From Pelomyxa schiedti (Eukaryota; Protista; Evosea), in contig JAHLWZ010000821.1 in NCBI GenBank assembly GCA_020536535.1, positions 48,036-112,035 on the forward strand: a DNA stretch of 64,000 nt. Reading direction: 5' to 3'. The number at the start of each line of letters is the position of its first letter. The stretch's first letter is position 1. The notes beneath the pieces were generated by a model. The model worked only from the letters and a program-made list of their open reading frames with translations. It had not been told where the DNA came from and searched no databases. Below, piece after piece: positions 51,980 through 63,136 of the stretch. Position numbers and translations under genes: made by a program.

Positions 51980-54276
51980 ATGAACAACCCAGCATTCCCA
52001 CCATCAAAAAAAAGTTGCGATGCAGAAAGGATCCTTGTGGTCTCCCACGTTGTTTGGGACCACGTTGTTTCACCTGGTTGGCTCGACGGACCCCGCCAGG
52101 CGACAACAGGAAGAATCAAGCCCGATCGCGATTATGGGTGTTGTCGTCACGTCGACTTGTTCAGCGCCGCCGAGGCCATGTTTCCCCTCGTGGCCCTCGT
52201 GTGCTCCAGGGTGCTTACTTACGAAGCAGACCGCAGGCCCCCTTACCACCCACCGTGTGGTGAAACTTATGGGATGATCCGCACCATCATCAGTGCATCA
52301 AGCGTTCCCTCTTCGTCGTGTGTCTCGTGGATCATCAAAAACAGGCACAGATTCGACAACATCACAACGCCGTGGGTTGTAAAAAGCAGCAACGCACACC
52401 ATTTTGCAGTTGCAGTGAAGGAAGTGGTGGCGACGATTATGGGTCTGTGCCTCGGTGGGCACCTCAGCCAGGCCCAAGCCATGGTCCTTGGTGAAAATCG
52501 TGATAGCGAGAGTGACGGGAGGATGATAAACAGGGTTCCACAGTGCTCGTTCCCAGCATTGTGGGACGGGAGGATCGTTGCCAGTTGGGCCAAAGTGGTT
52601 CCAGCAGTTTTATGCAACAACGCAGTTGTGGGAGCGGTTGTGAGGGAGAGGGTGATTGAGAACTTGAGGGGCGCAAGCGGAAGGGAGCCCACTTTGTTGC
52701 CAACTGTTTGTGGTTCAGGCCACCTGGACGTGGTCAAGTGGTTGGTGTCTGTGGCTGGAGTCACGAAGGAGGATGCTCCTTGGATGTTGCGTCGTTCGCT
52801 GTGGTGGTCCTTGATTCGCGGGAAGACTGAGGTTTTCAGGTATCTGTTTGATGAGTGGTGCTGCAGGAGCCTGCCAGAGTCAGTGTTTTCTGAGGTTTAC
52901 CATTGGTGTGCGAGGGGTTTGGCACCTGGAAACATCAAGTGGTGCGTGGCTAACTTGGGACCACCAATGGAAAGCACCAAGTACGACGTGTTGTGCAACA
53001 AGCACAGCACTCTGGAAGATTGCCTTTGGATGGAAGAAGATCTCCACGCACATGGCTTTGACCACATGTACCTGGCATCAGCAATGCGCAAAGTGGATGT
53101 TGCCAAGTGGGTGCTCTCTGCCTTGCCGTCACCACCTGAGAATGTTTTCAATGCCCTCTGCAGGAGTCTTGGAGATGTTGGGTTTGTCCAGTGGTTGATG
53201 ACCGAGAAGGGTTTCACACCAACATCATCAACGTTCAAAGCAGCGTGTTCAACATCAAGGAAAAAAGGATCCACACTTGCAAAGTGGCTGTCGACCAGGG
53301 TGTCACTCTCTCAAAGTGACTTCACCAATGCACTTTTGTCAGCACTCCGTTGGAGCAACATGGAAGTTGCAGAGTGGTTGGAGGGAACCTTCCACGTGAT
53401 GGATTCTGTGAACTCCAGCCCTGAAGTTGCTGGGATCACATTGGTTGATCTGTGCAAGATACCTGATGACTACAAAGGCAAAGTGGCGGGTCTCCAATGG
53501 TTCCTCCATCACCTCTCTCAGCCTTCCAAGATCAACAGTGTCCACCTTTGCCATGCCATTTCTGAGTCAATTGAGAATGAGCGTGGGAATTACGTTCACG
53601 TGTTGTTGGAGAACTTCCCTGAATTCGATCCACATGCTGACCCCTGCCAGACATGTCTCAGTGACATCGTGATGGAGTTGCTCAGTAAGTTCGATGTGAA
53701 GGCCCTTGACCTTCTGGTGTCTGGCAGATGTACCTCGCCGTTATTGACACCTGAGTTTGTTGCCCAGTGTCTCACATCACAGTACTTCGAGCCAGAGTCA
53801 AGCAAAGCAGTCAAGTGGGCAATTTGCAAGTTCGACCTGCAATACTCCCACATCCAAGCCAACGGAAACAGTCTCTTGATCAAGCTCCTGTCAAGGAAGA
53901 AGAACGAGTGTGTGCGGTGGCTCCTGAGCACGTTTGAAATCCCACTGTCTGATTTGCTTCCTGTGCGTGCTTCAAATCACTCCTCCCATCACTTTTTCAC
54001 AAGCACACACAGGTAATGGAGAAGAAGCTAGTGTCCGCAGCACCAGACCTTGCAGGGTTACAGGTTATTCTGGACCACTACGGCCCTGCAATTGATGCCA
54101 CTGTGATACGCCAACACTTCATGCCTGTGCTGGTATTCACACCACACCGTGCAATCTACACAATGACCAGGTTCGGAATCACCATGGACGAGTTCCGTGA
54201 ATACGCTGCAACACTGGGCCCATATGACCTGTACAGAGAGACAATGATGTGGTTTGGTCTGCCCCTTGCTCCCTGA
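51980..54276 (+). CDS. Lineage-expanded helical (degenerate ankyrin-like) repeat protein, paralogue A (intron 53963-54012)
   Basis: 678-aa ORF plus final exon; C.SGHLDVVKWL and NMEVAEWLE repeat-like motifs; aligns along its length with paralogue B. Confidence 0.8.
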
Positions 54277-54355
54277 ACAGGCAGCAGACTACTCTGCCGA
54301 CAATCACATTCGTTGATTTGTCCAACAACACCTGAGAGAGTGCGAGTTTGTGAAA

Positions 54356-54437
54356 GCGTCGGTGGCGGAGTTGGTCTAACGCGGTGCACTCAAGATGCAT
54401 TTCCTTTGGAGCCTGGGTTCGAATCCCAGCCGGCGCA
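54356..54437 (+). tRNA. tRNA-Leu(CAA): tRNA-Leu(CAA)
   Basis: Acceptor GCGTCGG/CCGGCGC, anticodon arm GTGCA-CTCAAGA-TGCAT, long variable arm, T-loop GGTTCGAATCC, followed by a T-run terminator. Confidence 0.96.
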
Positions 54438-54619
54438 TCTCTTTTTTTTTCCCCCAAAGCTAAGAAGTCGGCTATGTGGTATCTTAAGATAAGATACGCC
54501 ACGGGATTCACCCAAAGTGATTCCGAAAGTGGCTGAAGGAGGGATACGTTTCGTCAAGTCTCACCCTGATGATGTGGGAGTATGTTGAGTGGTGTGAGAA
54601 ATCTGGTAATTGGAGGGTA

Positions 54620-54900
54620 CAGCATCCAGGCCTCTTCCTCCTGTTGTTTAAGATCCACGCCACGCACGCCGGCGCCGGGGCGCTCGCCGCGCTCGTGATG
54701 GTGTTGATTGGTTCTTTTTTTGTGTTTGTTGTGTTGACTAATGCCAAAAAAACACACGCCACCGAAGACCACCCTACGGCTGTCGGACGGTGCCAACTCC
54801 GGTCCAGGCACCAACACGACACAACTCCGTGTGTTGCACTCACTCCCATGAGCACGTGAATGGTCGCTTCCTTCGTGATTGACGCATCGAGGCCGTAATT
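54620..54900 (-). pseudogene. Inverted fragment of the same repeat-protein family, between paralogues A and B
   Basis: NTITSAASAPAPACVAWILNNR matches TIISASSVPSSSCVSWIIKNR (A) and AITGASCVPAPSCVAWIVNNR (B). Confidence 0.6.
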
Positions 54901-55022
54901 AGTCGACTCCAACTGGAAGAACAACAGAGGTTCCGACCCCCTGGAGCAACCGACTACCTCGAACAAGGTATTTTTTTGATTCACAGAATTTTTCAACGAA
55001 GCAGCCTTCGTTGAAGAAGAGA

Positions 55023-57438
55023 ATGGACAGCCCGCCATCACGGGTCTGTGGTGATGCCGACCGGGTTCTTGCGGTGTCACGTTTTGTTTGGGAACACGTC
55101 GTTTCGGCAGGGTGGCTCGACGGCCCAAGAGACCCGCAAGGAAACCCCAAGGCCCACCCAGATTATGGGCGCCGTGGTGTCGACCTGTTCCGCGCAGCCG
55201 AGGCCATGTTCCCCCTCGTGGCCCTCGCGTGCTCCCGGGTCCTTGCCCCCGCCCCAACCTGCCTGCTGCGTTTCCGCTCACCTGGGTCCGATGACAATTA
55301 TGGGACCCTCGGCGCCATCACAGGTGCTTCTTGTGTCCCGGCACCGTCGTGCGTCGCCTGGATCGTCAACAACAGGCACATCAGCTGTTCCTGTTCACTC
55401 ACACCACAACCGGACAAGATTATTTGCAACGCTGTGGGTATGGAGTTCTCCGCACATTGCGTTTCAGTTGCAGTGAAGGAAGTTGTGGCGACGCTTCTTG
55501 GTCTGTGCATGGGTGGCCACATCAGCCAGGCTCAATCTGTGTTAGGTAGTAATAATAAGATAACTTGATAATACGATACCACTCTAATTGTAATTTAATT
55601 ATGGTCATTGATTAAATTATAATTGTAATTAGTACTTTATTTAAATAAATAAGCGTCTTTAACTAAATTCATTAAATAATTAAAATTGGCACATAGGGAA
55701 GTTCCCAGCACTGTGGGATGGGCGGACCATCCCCAGCTGGGCCTGTGGTGATGATGGAAGTGATGTCAACAGTGTGATGATCAGCAGACTGAAAGCCATT
55801 GTGAAGGAGAGGGTGATTGAGAATGTGAGGGGTGCAAGTGGCTCATATCCCACTTTTTTGGCGAGGGTATGTGGTTCAGGCCACCTGGATGTGGTCAAGT
55901 GGCTCATTTCCGTAGCTGGAATCACGAATGAGGAGGCTCCTTGGTTGTTGAATGATTCGCTGAGGTGGTCTTTGATTCGTGGGAAGATGGAGGTCTTTAA
56001 GTTCCTGTTTGATGACTTGTGCTGCAGGAACCTGCGTGCATCAGCACTTTCTGATGCATATCGGTGGTGTGCAATTGGATTGGCACCCAGCAACATCAAG
56101 TGGTGCATGGAGAATTTCTCAGAGCAACCAGAAATGGAAAACATGGTGTCCGACGTGTTGTGCAACAAGCACAGCACTCTGGAAGATTGCCTTTGGATGG
56201 AAAAGGATCTCCACACCAACGGGTTATTTTTGCTCCAACTGTCATCAATACACAAAGTGGATGTTGCCAAGTGGGTGCTCACTGTCTTGCCATCAACCCC
56301 TGGTGAGAAGATTTTGAATTGCCTGGGAGGGAGTATGGGAGATGTGGGGTTTGTTGAGTGGTTGATGACTGAGAAGGGTTTCACACCAACATCATCAATG
56401 TTCAAAGCAGCGTGTTCAACATCAAGGAAAAAAGGATCCACACTTGCAAAGTGGCTGTCGACCAGGGTGTCACTCTCTCAAAGTGACTTCACCAAGGCAC
56501 TTTTGTCAGCACTCCGTTGGAGCAACATGGAAGTTGCAGAGTGGTTGGAGGGAACCTTCCACGTGATGGATGCTGTGAATTCCAACCCTGAAGTTGCTGG
56601 AATCACATTGGTTGATCTGTGCAGGAAGAGGGATGATCGCAAAGGAAAGGGTCTCCAATGGTTCCTCCATCACCTCTCTCAGCCTTCCAAAATCGATGTG
56701 GCCCACATCTGGCACGCAATTTCTGAGTCAATTGAGTGTCAACGACGGAATTACATTCACATGTTTTTGGAGAACTTCCCTGCACTTGCATTATATCCAC
56801 TAAGTTACCAGAATCAAAGGCTTCTCACAGAGGTTGTGAAGGAGTTGTTCTGTGAGTTTGATGTGAAGGCCCTTGAGCTTCTCATATCTGGCAGAAGTAC
56901 CTCTCGATTGTTTACCCCTGAGTTTGTTTCAGAGTGCCTTACGTCAGACCCGTTACAGCCGCAGTCAAGCAAAGCAGTCAAGTGGGCAATTAGAAAGTTC
57001 AACTTGCAATACTCCCACATCAAAGCCAAAAAACAGCGCCTCCTGTTCCACCTCTTCTCCAAGGGAAAGAACGAGTGTGCACGCTGGCTCCTCAGCACGT
57101 TTGACATCCCTTTCTCTGACTTCCTTCAGGTGTGTGGGTGGTTTTTGCCCCTCCTTCACTGACACATGACCCAAATGTAAATTCACAAGGTCCTTTCATG
57201 TCAACCAGACCTTGCGGGGTTACAGGTTATTCTGGACCACTATGGCAGCGAGATTGATGCCGCCGTGATACGCAAACACTTCATGTTCATGGTGTCAACC
57301 TCACCACACCTTGCAATCTACACAATCAACAGGTTTGGGATCCCCTTTGAAGAGTTCCTCGAATACACTGCTTCTCTACCGAGCTACCGGCTCTCCAGGG
57401 AAACTGAGATCTGGCTTAGTTGCACAATTAAGCTCTGA
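55023..57438 (+). CDS. Lineage-expanded helical repeat protein, paralogue B (introns 55546-55696 and 57130-57189)
   Basis: Splicing gives a continuous frame collinear with paralogue A; stop TGA 57436-57438. Confidence 0.8.
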
Positions 57439-57495
57439 ATTCGTCGACGATGTATACCTTGTCATTTTGATTTCCTTTCGGAAAGAAAAAAAAAA

Positions 57496-60400
57496 ATGGA
57501 GTGTATCGTCACGGGCGACACCGAATCCATCGAATCGGTGTTCGCGACGGTCGCCCAAACTCTCCTCTCGCTCCCTTTCGACACTGGGTCGTCGGGCATC
57601 GACATCACAGTTCCCGTGCCCCCGCCGGCCACGGGCTCCTCCCCCTCCCCCTCCACGACCAAGCCGACGCCGCTGCCGCCGCCGCCTTCTGTGCTGACGC
57701 TACGGCGGAGCCCAGCCACCGCGGGCGCAGGCATACATTCCGGATGCGGGCGGGGCGGGGGCGCCGCCGGCCGCTGCGTGGCGCTGGTGGTGGGCCCGAA
57801 GCTGGGCGGGGTGCCCGCGGGGGGGTTCGGCGACTGGAGGGCGATGACCGAGGCGGCGTGGGAGATGCTCAAGGGCTGGTGCGGCGACGAAGGCAGCGTC
57901 GCGGGGGGGCTCGTCGTCGTCGACTGCTGCTGCTGCGAGTGCGAGGACGACGGCGGCGGCGGCGGCGGAGAAGGAGGGGGAGGGGGAGGGGGAGGGGGGA
58001 CGATCCAGAACCAGTAACAGAGCAGTGTGCCGAAGAACCGGGGGATTGTTATGAGGACTATTTTAGGCAGAGGGAGGCTGCAATTATGGCTCTGTCGTTG
58101 TCGGTAGGTCAGGAGGAGGAGTCCCATTACTAAATTATTAATACTACTTACTTAATATATATATATATATATTAAGTAAATATTTTGGAGAATTTAATTA
58201 AAATAAATAATTTAGATGGAATAGTGACTACAGTTACCAGCTCCATGCTGACAAGTTGATTGGGTGGACCACTGATACCAGTGCATTTGTGAATGGCTTT
58301 ATTTCTTCAATTGTGGAAGCGGCGTCAAGTGGTGGAAGAAGCCGTAAAATATATTTTGCCAGTGAGTGTGTTTTCATTCCCAACTCCCGTTCACATTCTT
58401 GATGCAGATGGACTCCACCACAGCAAGGAGAAAATGAGCCACTCATTCTACTGGAGGAAAGGCGGCTGCACACATCCAATTGACATCACTGAAATGGACG
58501 CTTCAACTGCAAGAAGAATGTGTTCCCTTCTAACAACAACAGAGAAGACCGACCCAATTAATGAAGCAAGGGAGACCATTTCGGCAACTGCTCTGAGGAC
58601 ATGGGTGCAAGCACGAAATTGGAGTGCTGTGGATGAAATCATCCTCGCAGATACCTTGAAAGAGAAGAGGGTAAACCTCTCACAATTAGGTTTGGACTCG
58701 GTTCCAGAAAGGCTCCGGGGATTGTCATGCAAAACCTTGGACCTGTCCCGCAACAACATCGCGGAACTTCCGGAATGGCTCATACACTCCCCAAGGCTGA
58801 GTGACGTTATTCTTGTTGAAAATCCCTTGAGAGAACCACTCCGATCACACTCTGAAAAGTGGGTTGCACTGAAAAGTGCTGCCATTTTTCCAGAAAGCAC
58901 AGTTCTATCAAGGCGGTACAAACTCATTCTGATTGGGGAATCTGCCCCAGCAGCTGAAGCATTGCAAAAGTGCTTGGTGAACAATAAAAACAAAGCAAAG
59001 GTGGCGAGTTATGCTGCGTTCTCCTCCACTCAAGTGTTGACACACGAGTATCTGAAAATTCCCAAGAGGAGCGAAGACCTGTGGACTGTTTGGGAATTGG
59101 GTTTGCTCCCCTGTTTTTATTTCTTTCATCTCAAACCAAAACAGGAGGAACAATCAAAGACTTCTACCTTGGCCCGTTTTATCCATGCTTCTTTTGCAGT
59201 CACTCTGTTTTTATGTTTGTCTTGGATCTCGAGGCCCAAACGTGCCTGCCAAGATTGAAATTCTGGCTGCATGAAATTTCACTGTGCCAAAAGCAAGCGA
59301 GCATGCATGCAAAAAGCAGCCACGGTCGCGCCAACGTCATCATTGTTGGTTCGTTCACAGATTCAACGTCACCAGAGAAAGCATCCTCTAAACTGCAAAA
59401 TCTGTTGGCCGACTTCTCTTCCCAACCCGAATGGAGGAACCTGAATTTTCGGGCAATATTCGGAATCAACTTCCAGTCAGGACAAGGTTTCCAATCACAT
59501 GAAAATCCTGAACACACTATAGAGACCACGGTCAGAGCAGAAAGGCCTGTGGAATCGATTGCCAATTTGCTGCACGACATTGCAAACCAAGAAAGTATGC
59601 CGGTTCCCAAAAGTTGGCTTGATTTGAGCACTGTTATTTGCAAACAGAAAGGATACAGTCTCAGGTGGGCTGAATTTGTGGCACTTGCCAAACGTTGCGG
59701 TTTGGGGAAAAATCACACAGACAAACAAAAGCAGTGGCAAGAAATCCAAATCTGTTGTGATTATTTGTCCGACATTGGGACCCTCATCCACTTCAGGCAC
59801 AAATACTTCGGCTTTGACTCTTCCTTGGTTGTTGTGCACCCCGACTTTTTCCTAAATCTTTTGAAGGAAATCCCTGGCGCTGTTGGCAATATGGAATATC
59901 CTTTTCAGGAATTCTATCACCGTTCTACAGGTGCTCATATCGAGGCAGCTAAGGAAATTAGATGTTCCAAGGGTTTTCCCCTTGATGCTGCATTGCTGGA
60001 AAAACTGGAAATCCTGATTGGAAGTCAATTGTCCTTCTTCTTCTTGCCTACTGGAATCCCAACCCAGGACTGCAACCAAGAGGAATTGGCTTCCTTCTGG
60101 AGAGTCCCTCCTACCACAGAGGGAACTAAATCGGTCTTTAATGGGAGGGAAATCAAGTTCACCTTTCTGCTCAACAAGGAATTTTCCCGAGTCATGGCCT
60201 CATTGTGCAACCTTCCAGAAATTACTCCCCTTCTGTTCTGGAGAGATGGAATCCTGATTTCTTCCACCCGCAGTGCAGAATATGACCCAAAGAGGGTAAG
60301 CCAAAGATTAGTGATGACACACACAGATGATGGTGAGCACACCACAACAATTGATATTTGCATGCACACAATCTTCAAGCAGGAGGAGGGACCGCAGCAA

Positions 60401-62008
60401 CTCTCTTGGAGCCACAACTTGATGTCAACTGTGTTGGATGTATTGTTGTGGAACCGAGCTCCAACAATCCAGTCAGAGATGATCCCCTGCCCACATTGCT
60501 TGCTGTCATCTGCCCAATCGTGTCCCACTCCAATTCAATTTACCGCCCCCGCACTTCCGCCAAGAATGAAGAACTTTACACGTGCAGAAGTTGTTGAGAG
60601 GTTGTTGGGAAGTGGAAGAGAGCATCTCACATGTAAGCGGGATGGAACAACTTCAGTAAGTGTGTGGGATTGTGCACCAGACTTGCTTGACCGTGGCTAT
60701 TCTGTTTTCCTGGATGCAAATGATATAATCTTTACAAGCCCCTCGGAGATGACAACTAAATCTACAACCCGGCGGACAGAAGCAGAGGAACCCACGACGA
60801 TGGCAAAATGGAGAGGCCACTTGGTGAGAGTGGTGAAAGGAATGAGGGATGTCAACTGTGCAAGAAAAGCACACATCTCCTCCATTCCCGAGCACCCAAA
60901 GGTTGCCAAGTTCATAGGCCTGTTCTTGGACAAGGAGAGGGACTCTGTCGGCAAAGTGATGGAATGTTCAATTCCAAGAGTGCCCACGCATCTAGAGGAA
61001 GCACTTGGAGCAGAATCAATGATAAGACTCAACAACACTCCTTTCCTTGGGCCATTGTTGAAAATCTGCATTCAAAAAGGGAATGGGTTGCTTCTGGATC
61101 AAGTTTTGTCAATGACTTTGAGGGAGAAGATTCTGAAAGACATTGCGCATGGTTTGTGCCACCTCCACGGGTTAGTTCCTCCAGTCATTGCTAACCTTGA
61201 TATTGGTTTGTATTTGCCAAACACTACAAAGTACCAAACAACTAACCCACAACAGGCAATGTTTTGGTAATCTCACTGGATGAATCACAGCCGGGCCCTT
61301 TTGTGAAGGTTAAATTCTTATTATTGTTTCCTCTCACGTTAGAAGAAATGAAGATTGGTGACTATATCTGCACACAAACAGAACGAAACTCAACCCGGCC
61401 TTGTTGGAGCCCTGAAGAAGCAGCCGAGGGAACATCGCTCCTCAACACCCAGACTGATGTGTGGAGGTTTGGTGCGTACACTTCATTCCGCTCCGCACAC
61501 TCCCACTGTTCACGCACACCGGACTTATTCCCGAACAGGAGTTCTCACACACCGGCTGGTTTACCCCCTGGAATCCTCCGTTGAGCTGCAAATAAACTTA
61601 CACCCACCACCCGGCGATTCCAGTTCGAAGTTCGGCACCTCCTTCCATCACATACACTCCACCATGCATCATCACCCCGCACCTCATTCCCCCAATAATG
61701 GGCCCAGACCCAGGACTCAGAGGGTGAAGCTTCGCCAACTCGGCACCGCTCTGTCTATTCTGCAACGACCACCCGGTTCCACAACCACTATCACACCAAC
61801 CAACACCCAACACCAACACCAACACCAGCAACATCATGCACAACCACAGCAATTCATCAGCGGATTCTTTCCGCTCTCATCAACTACAACTACAACACCA
61901 ACACCGCGTTGTTGCTGGGCACAGCAACTTATGACGTGCTGTTGGATGCCGGATCCATCACACAGACCATCCATACACAACCTCCTGGACATTTGGAACT
62001 ACCTGTAA
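57496..62008 (+). CDS. Roco-family protein (LRR-Roc-COR-kinase) with degenerate GTPase and kinase motifs, multi-exon
   Basis: LRRs (LDLSRNNIAELP, LVENPL); Roc KLILIGE...VWELG|G...FWLHEI...VIIVGSFTD; COR VPKSW, YLSDIGTLIHF, FWRDGILI, CPHC, APDL; kinase HPKVAKFIG, DIAHGLCHLH, TDVWRFG, CCWMPDPSHRPS. Confidence 0.87.
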
Positions 62009-62029
62009 CCCTAATAAAAAAAAAAAAGA

Positions 62030-62101
62030 TTCCGATGCCGGGAATCGAACCCGGGGCCACTGAGTGAAAGTCAGAGATGTTGCCAACTACACCACATCGG
62101 A
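62030..62101 (-). tRNA. tRNA-Glu(TTC): tRNA-Glu(TTC)
   Basis: Reverse complement TCCGATG TG GTGT AGTTGGCA ACAT C TCTGA CTTTCAC TCAGT GGCC CCGGG TTCGATT CCCGG CATCGGA A. Perfect acceptor and T stems, one T-T mismatch in the anticodon stem, downstream T-run terminator. Confidence 0.95.
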
Positions 62102-62107
62102 TTTCAC

Positions 62108-63112
62108 GAGGAGTAAAGCCCACACGTCGGGGTATTTATTACGAACCTTTAAAACTGGGAACGCCAGAGGGGGTTGAGGGGGGTTGGTGTTGTTGGTGTC
62201 TGCTACGGTGTTGTGTTGGGTATCTTATTTTTGGTTTGCGCGATGCTTTGTTTGTTTTGTTGTTGTGTGTTTGGTTTGACGGAGGTTTGACGGCTACTGG
62301 TTTAATGTCCAGTGAGTTGGGGATTACGTTCAGGATCTTGTGAGGGTTCGTGTTTAGCTTGTGCTGGAGGTCGGAGTTATGTCCGCATCTGTTTAGGATG
62401 TGCTTCATCATTTCCGGAGAGTCACATCCATAGTGGCAAGCTGGGACCACATCGCCATGCGGTTGTTGAGTGGTTTCATGTTGGTGGCTACTTGAGGGCT
62501 TGATTGCGGATCGATGGTGGGATTCTGGGAGTGTTAAGGTTCTTGACTAAGTTGAGCCAGTTGGTTTCAGTTGGCGGAGTGTTCATGGCAGTGTGAAGTT
62601 TGTGGTGTAGGGGTTTTGTGGGTCGTTCTTTCATGATACTCCTGTAGATGTCAGTGGGAGTGCTCATGTGGGCTGGAATATGCTTATTGAGGAGGGCAAT
62701 CTCCCAAATTGGGCTGGTGCCATCTTTGTTTGTGGGGTTGTGACGATTGGGGTTGCGATAGGCTGAAACTGCTGTTGCAACGTTCCACCACCTCATATCC
62801 AGCAAGGGTGTAGGCAGCCCCCCTTGCTTTTTGAGGGTGGTAAAAAGGAACCTCCTTTTAACGGGAGGGTATTCACTCTGGATCCTTATTTCACCACCGA
62901 TCCCAGCTTCAGGCCCCTGGCCAAAACCCCCAGGGAGGGAATGGAATGACGACATTTGTAGATAAGATAGAATAGATGGTTTGTCTTTGGCTGTGTTAAA
63001 GCTGTCGGACATTGTTGGTCAATTTGGGGAATGTGGTCACGCCCGGGATCGATCCCACAACCTCTCGGTTTTGGTGATTTCATCTGAAACCGCTAAACAA
63101 AAAGGTCTCCCT
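62108..63112 (-). mobile_element. 5'-truncated, decayed non-LTR retrotransposon flanked by a 16-bp target-site duplication that overlaps the tRNA-Glu 5' end
   Basis: Exact direct repeat ccacatcggatttcac at 62092-62107 and 63113-63128. ORF2 C-terminal motifs LKKQGGL, IYRSIMK, NW..L.KNLN.PRIPPSIRN (zf-RVT-like) and CHYGCDSPEMMKHILNRC (CCHC). TAA stop at 62139-62141 overlapping AATAAA. Confidence 0.85.
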
Positions 63113-63136
63113 CCACATCGGATTTCACAACTTCGA

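Noticed and set aside
54520-54605. CTGATGA and GAAA suggesting a hammerhead ribozyme
   Set aside because: No stem II forms between CTGATGA and the next GAAA, and the helix order does not fit the hammerhead core.
58012-58070. In-frame TAA between Gln codons in the Roco 5' region, suggesting readthrough or TAA=Gln
   Set aside because: A 57-nt GT-AG intron (58014-58070) removes it in frame, and TAA/TAG end many other genes here, so the standard code holds.
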